Assembly: GCF_963506605.1 (NCBI RefSeq) | Contig: NC_083277.1 | Span: 12,710,001-12,774,000, forward strand | Direction: 5' to 3' | DNA: 64,000 nt | Source: Zootoca vivipara | Lineage: Eukaryota | In this document: positions 45,601 to 58,953 of the stretch, in pieces | Numbering within the stretch: the stretch's first letter is position 1 | Layout: every line of letters starts with the position of its first letter | Position numbers and translations under genes: made by a program | Notes under the pieces: model-generated | Database searches by the model: none | What the model was told of the DNA's origin: nothing | What the model saw: only the letters and a program-made list of their open reading frames with translations

Positions 45601-48600
45601 GGTTGCTATACTGTCTTTTAAGCTTATTAATTGGTTCTTGGATTTGTTCAGGGCCGCATACCCTTTTGAGGACCACGCTTGAAAGTGGGTGTTCTCCAGA
45701 GGCAAAAGAGGCACAAAGTGAATCTGATCTTTGAAAGCCATCCAAGTTGGCATCTTACAGCAGTGAGTTCCATAGTTCAGCTATGCGCTGAAGAACTCCT
45801 TTCCTTTGTTTATCCTAAATCTCTCACCCTTAGGCTTAAAGGCGATGAACGTGAAGATCTGATTATTATGAGAAAGGCATAGCCACTTTTCCACCCCATG
45901 CAGCCTTTTCCTACCCGTCTTATGCCCCCTACTACAACTTATTCAACTCTACTCCAAAACAGTGGTTCTCAAAGGGTGTGGCAGGAGAGGATGGCAAGCA
46001 CGGTGGGAAAATTCAAGGACCGTCAAACATTTAAACATTTCAATGTATAGTATAGTATAGAAATAATAGTTTTTATTTGCAAAATAGGGATAGCTCTTCA
46101 AAATGAGAGCATAAAGTGACGGCAAGGACAATCTTAGCTGTGTTTTCCAATGTATTTCTTAATCACTTAAAAATTTGCCGTGGCATAAACAAATTTTTAT
46201 TCTGAAAGTGTGGCCCAGAGGGAAAATGTTTAAGAACTGCGGCTCTAAACTGAAAAGCCCCGGTTTTGATTCATTTATTACCTTTCTATCCCACCTTTCC
46301 TCCAAGGAGCTCAAGATGGCGTATGTGGTTATCCCCATTTCATCCGCCCAACAACCCTGTAAGGTAGGCCGAGAGAAGTGTGACTTGGCCCAGGGTCACC
46401 TAGCGAGCTTTGTGACCGAGTGGGGAGAGCTTGAATCCTGGTCTCTCAGATCCTAGTCCAACACGCTAACCACTACACCACATTGGCTCTCGATAGTGCG
46501 ATCAACCCCGTCGCCCAGGACCGAGCCGTATGCTCAGACCTGGGTTCAGAGGCCTCTGCCATCCTTACCAGAGCACATGTACTGCTCAAACTTGTAGCCC
46601 ATGTACATGAGCTCCTTCAGCAGGTCCGTGCGCTGCTCCCGCTGCCTCCGGGCGGTCTCCGTCTCGACTTCGCTGATGTACAGAGTCCCACGGAAGAGGC
46701 TCACGGCCAGCAGCCAACCATCCTGGTTTTCGTAGGGCGTGGTCAGCACTTTGGTGAGATGCCCCCGCCACGTCACAAAGTCGGCATTCAGCGGCCGTCT
46801 GCAAAGCAGGGAGAGGCAAAACCGTTAAAAAGAGCAAAGCACGAGCTGCAGGGGCCGTTCCTCTGTATTCCAAGGCCGCCAAAGTCAGACTCTGGTTAAA
46901 GCAGGGATCACCAACGCAGCCCTAATGGGCACGGAGGAACCTGCAGCCACCTCTCTGCATATGGTTTTAAAAAGACATCTGAACCCGCTGCCCTGTTCGA
47001 GGAAGTTTTCAGCGGGTGATGTTGTATTGTGCTTTTACAATCTTTTTTGTTGGGAGCCAACCGGAGTGGCTGGGGCAACCCAGTCAGATGGGTGACATAG
47101 GGACGCGGGTGGCGCTGTGGTCTAAACCACTGAGCCTCTTGGGGCTTGCCGATCAAAGGTTTGAATCCCCGTGACGGGGTGAGCTCCCGTTGCTCTGTCC
47201 CAGCTCCTACCAACCTAGCAGTTCAAAAGCACGTCAAAGTGCAAGTAGATAAATAGGTACCGCTGTGGCAGGAAGATCAATGGCACTTCTGTGTGCTCTG
47301 GCTCCCGTCACGGTGTTCTGTTGCGCCAGAAGCGGTTTAGTCATGCTGGCCACATGACCAGGAAAGCTGTATGTGGACAAACGCCGGCTCACTCGGCCTG
47401 AAAGCGAGATGACCGCCACAACCCCATAATCACCTTTGACTGGACTTAACCATCCAGGGGTCCTTTACCTTTCTTATTGTGTTTTTACTTTTGTTGTTGT
47501 TGTTGTTGGGAGCCGCCCAGAGTGGCTGGGACAACCCAGTCAGATGGGTGACATATAAATTTATTATTATTGGTATGGATAGTGGCAACACAAGAATGTG
47601 CCTTTTCTGCAGTGGCTCCCCCTTTGCGGAGTGCTCTCCCCAGGTAGGCTCACCGGGTGCCTTCCTTGCACACCTTTAGATGCCAGGCAAAACACAGAGG
47701 GAAAGATCATTGCTCAGTGAGGCAGCACTCAGCAATCGTTGGGCTCCCTATTTAACAGGACCGGGTGGATTGGGCCCAAGATCCTGGGAAGCCATTTCCA
47801 GTCAAGGCGAGGCAATGCCATATTTGATGGTCCGACTTGTGTGTGTGTGTGTGTTTTTATTCCTGTTTTTTTTATTTGTGCTTTTATCTTGCATTTTTAT
47901 GTTGTGAACCGCCCTGAGATCTATGGATAAATAAATGAATAAAATAAGAAGCAGCTTCCTAATAATGTATGCAGAGCACTGCCGGAACGACGGAGGCGAA
48001 ACATACAGTACAGGTGAAACTCGGAAAATTAGAATATCGTCGAAAAGTGCATTTATTTCAGTAACGTAACTTAAAAGGTGAAACCAATATATGAGATAGA
48101 TGCATGACATGGAAAGCAAGATATGTCAAGCCTTTATTTGTTGTAATTGTCATTATTTGTCGTTAGGCGGGTCAGTTATAAATGGAATGGAATGAATGAA
48201 ATGTAATAGCGATGTTTATTTTTGTATTATTGCAACTACTGTATATTCCTGCATATAAGACTACTTTATAACCCAGGAAAATCTTCTCAAAAGTCGGGGG
48301 TTGTCTTATACGCCAGGTCGTATTTCTTATACGGTGAGTATATCCCAAACTCTATATTTTAACTGGAAAAGTTGGGGGTTGTCTTATACACCCAGTCGTC
48401 TTATACGCTGGAATATACGGTATTTGTTTATTACTGTGGAATTTCCAAAAGAAAGCATATGTAAAAATTAAAATAAAAAATAGTAAGTTACATTACTGAA
48501 ATAAGTGCACTTTTCGACGATATTCTAATTTTCCGAGTTTCACCTATAGTCCATATGTCTACTAGTCCCCAATAACCTGATCCTCCATTAACCCTTCCTT

Positions 48601-49035
48601 TCTCTTATGCGGAGAAAAAGAAAGGAAGGAGAAACATGCCCTTCCTCACCCTTTGTCCTCAGTCTGCAGCTGCTTCCGGTTCTGGGTGATCCACCTCAGC
48701 AAGTGCTCCAGCCCCTCGCGGACACTCTCATCCTGCTTCACATAGCGGTCGCGGTAGCCGTCGCGCAGGTCGAAGCCGGGGGAGGGGCCCTCGACAGGGG
48801 GCGGGGCATAGTAGCGCAGGCGGCGAGCGTCCCCGTGGTAACAGCGCTGGGCGTCCAGGGAAAAGTGTCCCAGCTCAGCTGGCCGCCGGTAAAAGGGGAA
48901 AGGGGCATCGTACCGAGACGGCGTGACGGACAAAGTGAGGGGAGCCTTGGCGTCGCTCCTCTGGCGCTTGGCGCTGCAGTCTCTGGGGGCGTCGTCCTCC
49001 CGTTCGTGAGTCCTAGTGTCGATAGCGGGCTTCAT
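42693..49035 (-). CDS. DXO: Decapping exoribonuclease DXO (DOM3Z), complete, 6 coding exons, 1209 nt / 402 aa
   Basis: Exons 49035-48650, 46798-46569, 45471-45252, 44959-44824, 44298-44204, 42834-42693; GT-AG with phases 2,1,2,0,2. RAI1/DXO motifs FPFYRRPAELG, TWRGHLTK, YMGYKFEQYMC, FSGEVDC, YVELKTSK and KWWAQSFLPGV are present. Confidence 0.96.
42863..44004. mobile_element. Tc1-like non-autonomous element hosting a Tigger-like MITE and an L2 fragment that itself hosts a second MITE
   Basis: ~60-bp TIR caggtgaaactcggaaaattagaatatc and TA TSDs. Nested elements at 43093-43380, ~43470-43960 and 43569-43852. Confidence 0.85.
47100..47471 (+). mobile_element. Sauria SINE
   Basis: Full head and accttt tail; inserted in an L2 tail. 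Confidence 0.85.
48011..48546. mobile_element. Second copy of the Tc1-like element, opposite orientation, with a nested mariner-like MITE (~48240-48420)
   Basis: Same TIR and TA TSD; the internal sequence is the reverse complement of the 42863 copy. Confidence 0.85.
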
Positions 49036-50699
49036 CAGGGACTGCAATTGACATAGGGAAGCGATGGTAAAACACTCTGAAAAGGTGCCCTTGCGTGGTC
49101 AGATAACCGCCTGACTAAAACCGGGCACAGCGGACACATACGCAATTTCCTTTTTTGCTCCTTTCTTTAATGCTCTGCTTACCCTCTCAACAAGAACATG
49201 CGCTCAGAAATCACTTCCTTCAGCACTTATAAGTCGCACCAGCAAACGTTGTGTTTGGGAATCCCCTCTCGGCTCTCAAGGCACATGTTAAATAGCAGGG
49301 GTCCCCAAACTAAGGCCTTCTAAACCCAGCCCGCGGACAGTCCGGGAATCAGCATGTTTTTACATGAGTAGAATATGTCTTTTATTTAAAATGCATCTCT
49401 GGGTTATTTGTGGGGCATAGGAATTCATTAATATATTTTTTTCAAAATATAGTCCGGCCCCCCACAAGGTCTGAGGGACAGTGGACTGGCCCCCTGCTGA
49501 AAAAGTTTGCTGACCCCAGTTAAATAGTATGGGAAGAAGGGGACTTTTAAACTGGGGGCCTTTTGCTATTAAATTCACAGAACTGCAGAGTTGGAAGCGA
49601 CCACGAGGATCATCTAGTTCAGAATTTCCCAAACTTGTGCCTGCAACTCCCATCATCCTTAGCTAGCAGGACTAGAAATAGAATAGAAATACTTTATTGT
49701 CACTGTACCACTTGTTTACAGTGAGATTAAACGAGCCCCCCCACCCCCACCCCCCAATCTCTCGGTCCTTGTTACTCTCTGGGTGCTGTCGCACGACCAC
49801 CAACCCCGAACGTCAGCTGCAATGTTGCTGTCTTCCATTCAGCAGCCTCTCGGCCCATGGGTAAAAACCAGTGGTCAGGTCCAACCTACTGCACTGTAGG
49901 AATCTTTCACCCAACATGGGACTCAAACCCACGACCCTGAGATTAAGAGTCTCATGGTATTAGCCTACAGAGCTTTTTATTAAATGCTTCACATTTTTAT
50001 TTTTTTATTTTCAAAATTTCACATTATTCCTTTCAGGCATACCCACAGCAGCTTACAAAAGATAACAGCTAACAATATTTCACTGGGGGGGGGGCAGATT
50101 CAAAGAAATAGAAACATACTTTGAGTTCCAACAACAGAGAGCTAACTCAGCCTCATTATATCATAGAATCTCAGAGTTAGAAGGGATCCCCAAGGGTCAT
50201 CTAGCCCAACCTCCTGCATTGCAGGAATCTTTTGCCCAACATGGGGCTCAAACCCATGACGCTGAGACAGAGTCTCCTGCTCTATCGACAGAGCTCTCCA
50301 CCTCCCTGTGGGAACCTCTCTGATGCCCTTACAACAGTCCTTTCCGGCAGGCCAGTCGCGATGTTGGACTGCGTTATTTATAGCGCCTTTCTCCCAGTAG
50401 CAGGGAAGCATCATTTGATAAGAGAAGGCTGTCAATGGATGCTAGTGCTCATGCATTGCAGCCACTCCTCCATCCAGGTCAGGAATTGCCTCCAACACGG
50501 GGACTTGCAGCAGCGGCTTCCCAGGGTTTCAGGCAGCCCAGCCCACTGAGGCCAGGGGCTTGTTGAACCCCCGGACCTCCTTGCCCGCAAAGCAGGCGCG
50601 AAGGCTCCGCGGTGCAGCCAGCAACCCAAGCGGAGGCTGCTTGCGTCCCTCGTTTCCCGCCATTTCTTTCCCATTCAAGTTTCCACCAAATCCTCCGAA

Positions 50700-51760
50700 T
50701 GTCAAATGCTGGACCACGATGAACCTCAGCTCACCTCTCCTTCTCCCCCCAGCGGGGATCGCGCTCCGCAGTCTTCAGCCGCAAAACCTAGGCGCGCTCC
50801 CCCCGGGAGAATGCGCGCAGCACATTCATGCGCTCATGCACACGCACTTTCCTCTTGCAAGGGACCCAGGAGTCCTGGTCACCAGCACCCACTTGGGGGA
50901 GATGCCCAAAGATGCTTTTTGACCTCTCCCTTTCCCTTCTCCTCTTGGAGCCAATCAGTCAGGGAAAGACACCCCCCCCCCAAATTAAAAAAATAATCAG
51001 CCTTTCATTTTTGAGCCCTCCCGGCTCCCGTACTTACCTTCTGTGACGTCATCGCAGGACACCGACGATTCGCGCTGCAATGAAGAGAGAGGCGGGGACA
51101 CAGCTTGCGCGTCTCCTTTGTGTCACCATCCAAACAAGACCCGAGCGCCCGACATCTTGGTCAAAACAATCGCTGCGTTCCGTTCCTTCGGCTCGTAAGG
51201 CCGCGCGGCGATGGCGTCATCACAGGACGCCAGTCAGGAGGCGAAGTCAACGCCCTTCCCATTTCCTGCCCGTTTCCCCCCTTACGCACACAAACACTCT
51301 AGAGGTGCCACGCAAAGCGCGGCCGGCAGGTGGCGATCGCAGCCCGCCTTCTGCCTCCCTCGGATAAAGCAGTTACTGTATCTGTCCATCCCGCCCGTTT
51401 CTTTCCCATATCCAAAATGGCTGCCAGATCGGCTTCATTCCCTGTTCCTCGATGGAGATGGCGGCTTTAGGCTAGTATCAGTCGGAGGTAGCTTCGTCCC
51501 GCCTGGAATAAAGATGGCGGGCAGCCGGCGAGCGTATCAAAGGGGTGGGGTTGGAGGGGAGTGACGTCATCTTCCGGAGGCGGCCAGCCAGGAGCTTTGC
51601 CGACTCGGGTGGGGACTTGGGGAGGCTTGTTTTGGAGAGGAAGCAACAGCTGCGGCGTCATCAGAGGCAGCTCTGGCCGGAAGCGGGGATTGGCAGGCGA
51701 GAGACTACAAGGATCGCTTTGTGAGTCGGAGGCGCTTTAAATAGAGGGGGGGGGGGTCCA
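50700..51760. promoter_or_regulatory. CpG island / bidirectional promoter for DXO and STK19, with non-coding first exons
   Basis: CpG-rich. Full CRE TGACGTCA at 51044-51051 and 51562-51569, YY1-type AAAATGGC/AGATGGCG (~51414, ~51456, ~51511) and ETS-type cttccgg/ccggaag (~51571, ~51677). A minus-strand donor AAG|GTAAGT ends an exon at 51038 (DXO). A plus-strand donor TTT|GTGAGT starts at 51721 (STK19). Confidence 0.8.
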
Positions 51761-52338
51761 GGGGCGGGAAAGAGGAGAGGGAGAGGAGGACTCAGTGAAA
51801 TCAATGGACATCACTAACTTAGGGCTTTTTGGTTCATTGGGTCTCCTCTTGTCTTGGATGCAACTCGTGGCGTTTCAGAAGATTTTGCTTCCATAATAAG
51901 CTAGTCTAGTTACATCTTCACTTTTGAAACTACAGTACTTTTCTTCTTACACAAGAGCAATGGGTTTGCACAATAATAATAAGTCTGTGGGAGAGGTGTT
52001 ACAGGGTTGTTGTTTTTTAAATGTATTTTTGTTTCTCGTTTTGTGTTTTCATGTAGTGAACTGCCCTGTGATACGACTACTACTAATAAAGTGGACTTTG
52101 CTCCCAAGAAAGCAATTGTGTTATAATACTGTAAATTCATCCAAGGTTATCGCAGAATAGCATGTTTTGAAAACAGACAGATGTGTCATGGATATACATT
52201 TTCTTTCGATAATATTTGTAAATTTTGATTTTGATAAGAACGTTTTTTAAAAGAAAATATTGTTTGGTTGTGGCATTAACTTGCATGAGGCAGAGCCTGC
52301 TTTGCTCTAGCCCTCTAGCTGGGTTGCTGTGTGTGGAT

Positions 52339-52396
<58 letters not shown>

Positions 52397-53191
52397 GATG
52401 AAAGGGGGGGTGAGCTGATGCTACAGATGGGTACTGTTAATATAAAGCCATTTATCACACTGCATACAGAGAAGACAACAATAACAGTCAAAGGCAAAAT
52501 GGAAGCCAGGTGATGAAGCCAGGCTAGAAAAAGCAGCAACTTGAATCACTCATATTCAAAGCATACAGCATCCAATTGGATGAGCAGACTATTTGATCAG
52601 CATAGGTGTGATCCACACCCAACATGTTTTACTTTCCCTGTGCTTTTGAAGTTGCTTGACTTGAAGATATTAAGCAACTGAAGTACTTCAGGGCATGGCA
52701 GGGAAGTGATGAGGGAAGAGCTTTGCCTCCTTAATTTCCACATACCAGGCACTACACTACACTACAGGAGACAGGGCCAGCCAGTAAGCCTTAAACTGAG
52801 GTGCCAAGGAAGTAAAAGTTGTGGGTTGTGTACAATCTGCAGCATCAAGGGTATTCTGAGGACAATAGGATTGTGATATATTGACCAGAATGAACGCCAA
52901 GGGACCTTTTGGGATGGATTAGAGATGGGGGGGGTGTAGCTCATTGCAGAGCACCCAGAAAGATATTGGAAGAAGGGAAGGACCATTATGACTGAAAGGC
53001 TGAGAAGGAGGAAGACACTGGTCTCTGAAATGGCCCAAAGTATTGAAGGGGGGGTGAGGGTGGGGAATGAAGGCTAGCAAGGGTCTGTGGCAGGTGTGAG
53101 GAACCTGTGGCCCTCTAAATGCTGCTGGACTACAACTCCCATCATCCCTGGGCTGTGGCTGATGGGAGTTATAGTTCCACAGCATCTAGAG

Positions 53192-53327
53192 CAGGCACCC
53201 CCAAACTTCGGCCCTCCAGATGTTTTAGACTACAATTCCCACCTTCCCCGACCACTGGTCCTGTTAGCTAAGGATCATGGGAGTTGTAGGCCAAAACATC
53301 CGGAGGGCCGCAGTTTGGGGATGCCTG
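53192..53327. mobile_element. ~135-bp hAT MITE nested in an older related MITE (~53090-53360)
   Basis: 8-bp TSD atctagag; the flanks carry the same ggactacaactcccatcatc core. Confidence 0.85.
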
Positions 53328-53419
53328 ATCTAGAGGACCAGAGAGTTCTGCGCACCTGGTGTACGGAGCAGGTAGCATAATGATTTTGCCTCCCATCTTT
53401 AGCCCTCACCTCCAGCCCC

Positions 53420-56400
53420 ATGAAGCGGAAGCATCAGCTCATCTCGGATACATTCCAGGCGAAAAAACGACAGCTGGTTCTCGGGTCGGAGCCTCTCAAA
53501 CAGGGTAAGAATGGAGGAAGTGTTGTGTTGTGAGGCATCAGAGTTCTCTCTTTGCGTGGGTGGGTGCGCGTGAGAGGACTTATGGGGCGATGATGAGAGA
53601 TGAGTGCCATCAATTCTGGATGGCATGAGGCAGAGCACTGCAGAAATATGCCAGCTGCTTATGTTTTCCCCCCCAGAAGGCCCTGAGGAAGTAGAATCTG
53701 CACTCCAGTTCTTGGCCTCTCTCTTCCCCCGCAAATTATTTGAGGATTTGCTGCCACCCTTGATTCTGAGACACCAGATCTACAGCCTCGTCAAAGACCG
53801 AACGACCGTCGACAGGCACTTGGTAGGTGATTCCTTCCTCTGTTCAGAGGCCAGGTAGAGGAGTCTGGAGGGCTGAATTTGCCCCCCACTCCCCCGGGCC
53901 TGAGGTTCCCCAGGATATGGGGTGTTTGATAAATAAAGAACTAAAGGATCCTATGGGAAACCTATAAACCTCCACCTCCTCTTATGCACACGCACACACC
54001 CTACCATGATTCCGATAAAATGGGGTGTGTCTGAAAACCAAGCTTTGAGGGCACCCATTCCCCTGCCAATGATCCTTTCAGTTATGAAACGGCACATTCA
54101 TTCCTTGGACAGCATTTAAAGTGCACATGTGCAACCCTCACACACTTCATTTTGAGACAGCAGGGGAAATTTTCTGATCTTCCTTGCTGTTTTCTGCTGG
54201 TGTGTTGTTGTGTGGTTTTTGTCTGCTATAGATGGACAAATCTCTCCCTCCTCCTGCCTCCAGTTCTCCACCTTCAGAGTTTGCATTTGAAATAGACGGG
54301 TTAAAATAAATAAAGCTTTCTCCTCCCTCTGTCTCTCTTTCTCTAGAGCCAGCTGAAAGATGAGGGCCGGATCCGGATGTTCCAGCATGGTTTCGATGCA
54401 GACACTTTTGTTGTGGCGTTCACAGACAACTATAAATCCAAGGTCCTGTGTCCTTTGTGTGTGTGTGTATGTGATGAGTTGAGGAGCAATGCAGAAGCAG
54501 GGGAGAGATTGTGACGGCTCTTTCTCCCACAGGTGCTGGAGTTTACGTCTGGGAAGGACTTTGACAGGACGGTGAGGAAATTCCTGGATTCTGTCCTCAG
54601 CTCCTGCCCTGACATCAGTTTCGACAAAAGAAGGATGCTGAGAGAGTTTGGGTTCAGTGATGCGGAAATCACGTGAGTAAAGTTTTCCCCAGAGTGGAGT
54701 CAGAGTAGAGTGTGTTCTGAGGGCCGTGTTATAATGAATCTTAGTAAATCGATCAAATGTGTTCTAATTGGTTTAAATCTGCATAATTTTGTATGTGGTT
54801 AAACAACCCAGCTCCCTGGGGGCAAGGGGAAGTATTTTGTGACATGACTGCACATGCCACAGCAGTTCATAAGAGCAGGAGACTCTTAATCTCAGGATTG
54901 TGGGTTCAAGTTACACGCTGGGCAAAAAGATTCCCGTAATGCAGGGGGTTGGACTAGACAACCCTCGGGGTCCCTTCCAAGTGTTCAATTCTATGACTAC
55001 AATTGTGCAAACGAAAACAAAAGCTCACAAAGCTGTTTACAAAAATAATAACACAAATGGCTTATTAGGCCTTTGGTTGGATCATCATAAAGGTAAAGGG
55101 ACCTCTGACCGTTAGGTCCAGTCGTGGACGACTCTGGGGTTGCGGCGCTCATCTCGCTTTATTGGCCGAGGGAGCCAGCATACAGCTTCCGTGTCATGGG
55201 GCCAGCATGAGTAAGCCACTTCTAGCGAACCAGAGCAGCGCACGGAAATGCCCTTTACCTTCCCACCAGAGTGGTACCTATTTATCTACTTGCACTTGGA
55301 CGTGCTTTCAAAATGCTAGGTTGGCAGGAGCTGGGACCGAGCAACAGGAGCTCACCCCGTCGCGAGGATTCGAACCGCTGACCTTCCAATCGGCAAGCCC
55401 TAGGCTCTGTGGTTTAGACCACAGCGCCACCCGCGTCCCTTGGACCATCATACCTGACTCTGAACTTGCATGGAGATTGTCAAGTAACAGGCAGTGTCTT
55501 GCCCAGAGCTGAAATCCAGGCACCTCAGAAGAAGAAACAGCGGCTCATACTGGGATCCTCAAACACACTTAGTGGTGCAGTTTGGTCATTTTGAACTCTG
55601 GACTTAGTTGTCTTACATCTCCTGGCCTCTCCATAAGGGGAAGTACGTTACTTCAAAATGCAATAAGCCAGTTCTGCTGTGTTTGGGAACACTCCTTCTC
55701 GTTTTGCTGAACAGGGCCCTGGGCCTTTCCCCCAAAGTCTTGTCCTGATAGTACCACTGAGCAACACTTTCCTTAGACTCCCATTATGTCCGGCTCTCCA
55801 CAGTCCCAGAAGCAGCTGCATTTTGGTACAAAATGGGCAAGTTGTAATGAGGGAAATTACATGTCTCTCCCATTCCTGTGTTTTATGTTCAGGCAGCTAG
55901 TGAATGCCGGAGTCCTGACTGTCCGTGATGCAGGGAGCTGGTGGCTAGCAGTGCCTGGAGCAGGTCGTTTTGTCAAATGCTTCATCAAAGGTTAGTTCGT
56001 CCGTCCGTCCGTCCCCAACCGCATGTGCAATCTGTTGCTCCAGGCAAAAGCTGGGACACCTTTGACGGGAGCAACCTAGTGATCTGTGTTGTATGTGTCT
56101 CTCGGTCTTCCCAGGGAGGAAAGCCGTGCTGAGCATGATCCAGAAGGCCAAATACAAGGAAGTTTTGCTGTCTGACCTGCAGAACCGCCGAGCTCCAAGC
56201 GCCGTGAAGCTGGGCCTTCCTTACCACATCCACGACCTTATTGGAGCCCAGCTGGTGGACTGGTACTAGATTTCTGCTCTCGCTCCCACCTGTGACAAAC
56301 CAAATGTTGTCTTGGATCTCAGCCTGTTGCTGTGGACCTTGATCCTGCCCTCGTGCAGCCAACTAAAGCTGTAATCCTACATACTGGGGAGTGGGGTACT

Positions 56401-58900
56401 TTTCTGGGCTGGTGCCTTGGATCCCAACCTCTCTTACCCCCAGGGGGCATTTGGGCAGGTGGGCAATGCCACCCACCTGCCAATCATCAGCAGTGACAGC
56501 AAGCCCTGCTTGCAAAGGAATGCCTGGGAGCTGCTTTCACTTGGGAGCAGATTGCTCTTCTGCAGTCGCGTCCTTGCCTACCCCATACCTGATACCACAT
56601 GCAGCGTCAGATGTGGGGAGATGGGTGCGATTTGGGGAAAACACTCATATGGGCCAAATCCGGACCCACGTTAAGCCCACAAGCTGGACGTCCGTCACAC
56701 TTGCTATGCATCCTTATCCGGTAAATACACTGATTACCGAGGCAAATTTCAGAGCAGACGTGTTTAGGATTGTGTTAAGAGAATCGTAGAAGTGTAGAGC
56801 TGTAAGGGACCCAGAGGGTCATCTAGTTCAGCCCCCTGCAATGCAGGAACCTTTCTGTGCAAAGTGATGTAAAATGCCCCCCCCCCGTTGCCACCCTCCT
56901 TCCCTTCCTCCAGACCCAGAGCCTTTATTCCCTGTCTCCAAGAATCGCACATTGCTGTAGCATATAGATAGCATGTTGAGAGCCATTTCAGTCTTGGCTC
57001 TACTGTGAACTTCCTCAGTAGCCTTTGGCACGCCAGTCTCCCAGTCCTCCCTCAAATAGCCACTATGGGAATAACGGCAATGCTAGTCTACCTCATGGGG
57101 CTGTAAGTATTAAGTCGAATGAAAGACCCATCTAGTTGTGTTTGGGTCTTCCCCGGAATTAAGTGCTCAGAGGACAAACTTAGAAAAGTCGCCATCCCTT
57201 CTCCAGAGTTTGTATGAGTCTCAGTTGCAGTTGTCTAATACAGTGGTGCCTCGCAAGATGAATTTAATTCGTTCCAGGAGTCAATTCGTCCTATGAAAAA
57301 TTCGTCTTGCGAGTTGCGGTTTCCCATAGGAATGCATTGAAATTTAATCAATGTGTTCCTATGGGCTCCGGGGGACTGGCGGCGACGCTTGCTCTCTTGG
57401 CTCGGGGAAGGCAGGCAGGCAGATCCTATCAGCTCCGGGGCTGTTGCCGCCTGCCTGCCTGCCTGCCTTTCCCGAGCCAAGAGAGCAAGCGCCGCCGCTG
57501 ATGCTGGCTGTGTGCGAGGCGGCAGGGGAGAGAAGCGGAGAATAAGGATTTCCGCTTCTCTCCCCTGCCGCCTCGCACACAGCCGGCATAGACGGGGCTT
57601 TGGAGAACACGGGCTTCGCACGCAGCCGGCATGGACGGGGCTTCCTGCACTGACAACTGATCTTCCTTTGCCGCCTTCCCGCACTACATTCTATGGCCCC
57701 GCTTCCCAAGACGAAGCGGCGGCCATAGAAAACCTCCTCGTCTTGCGAGTCCGTCGCGCAACGCGAAACTCTTTCATCTTGCGAGTTTTTCGTTGTGCGT
57801 GCGAGGCATTCGTCTTGCGAGGTACCACTGCAGTTAAACTATGGAACTCACTCCCACAGGAAGCAACAACGAGCAACTTTGGGTGGCTTTGAAAGAGGAT
57901 TAGACAAGTTCACAGAAGATTAGGCTGCTTGTCCTGATGGTTAACTTCTGCCTCTTTGATCAGAAGCAGCAATGCTTCTGAATACCAGTCAGGGCAGGAG
58001 GGGAGAGGACTATTGCGCTCAGTTCCTTCTTGAAGGTTTCCCTCAAGCATCTGGTTGGCCGCTCGGGGAATAGTGGTGTAGGGGGGGAAATAGCATCTGC
58101 CAACCAATGTGCCCCTTTGGTTTCAGATAGTACATGGGTAGAAGAGTCTAAAAAGCCTGGGACACAAATTTTCACAGCCCTCTAGCAGCTATGGTGGCTC
58201 ATGTACCAGAAGTCGTGTATTTAGCGTTAACTCTGGATGTGTATATTCAACTTAGGAGGCTTAGTTTGGTCAGAATCAAGTACAGTGGTACCTTGGAAGT
58301 TGAACGGAATCCGTTCCAGAAGCCTGTTTGACCTCTAAAACTTTCGGAAACCAAGGTGTGTCTTCTGATTGGCTTCAGGAAGCTCCAGCAGCCAATCGGA
58401 AGCTGCGGAAGCTGCGTTGGATGTTCAGGTTCCAAAGAACGTTCGCAAACCGAAACACTGAACTCAGCGGTGTTCGGGAGCCAAAACGTTCAACTCACAA
58501 GGCGTTTGGAACCCAAGGTGCGACCGTGTACTCTTCCAGAGTTAAGGCTAACTACATGACTTCTGGTACCTGAGCCACCATAGACGCTAGAGGGCTGTGA
58601 AAATCTGTGTCTGGGGCTTTGTAGACTCGTCTACCCATGTAGTATCTGAAACCAACGGGGCACATTGGTTGCCAGATGTGAAATACATGGGCGTTATTTT
58701 AATCTCTCCTACTCCACTAGAACGGGGTGATAGACTAGATGGGCCCTGGCCTGATCCAGCTGGGGCTCTTCTTACGAAGGCAGCCCTGTTTAGGGAGTCT
58801 TTTAATGTTTAATTGGTTATTTTATTCTATTTTTCTGTTGGAAGCTGCCCAGAGTGGCTGGGGAAACCCAGCCAGATGAGTGGGGTATAAATAATAAAAA

Positions 58901-58953
<53 letters not shown>

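Noticed and set aside
57235-57892. Cluster of 116-179-aa overlapping ORFs
   Set aside because: GC-rich interior of a Tigger-like non-autonomous element; no transposase motifs.
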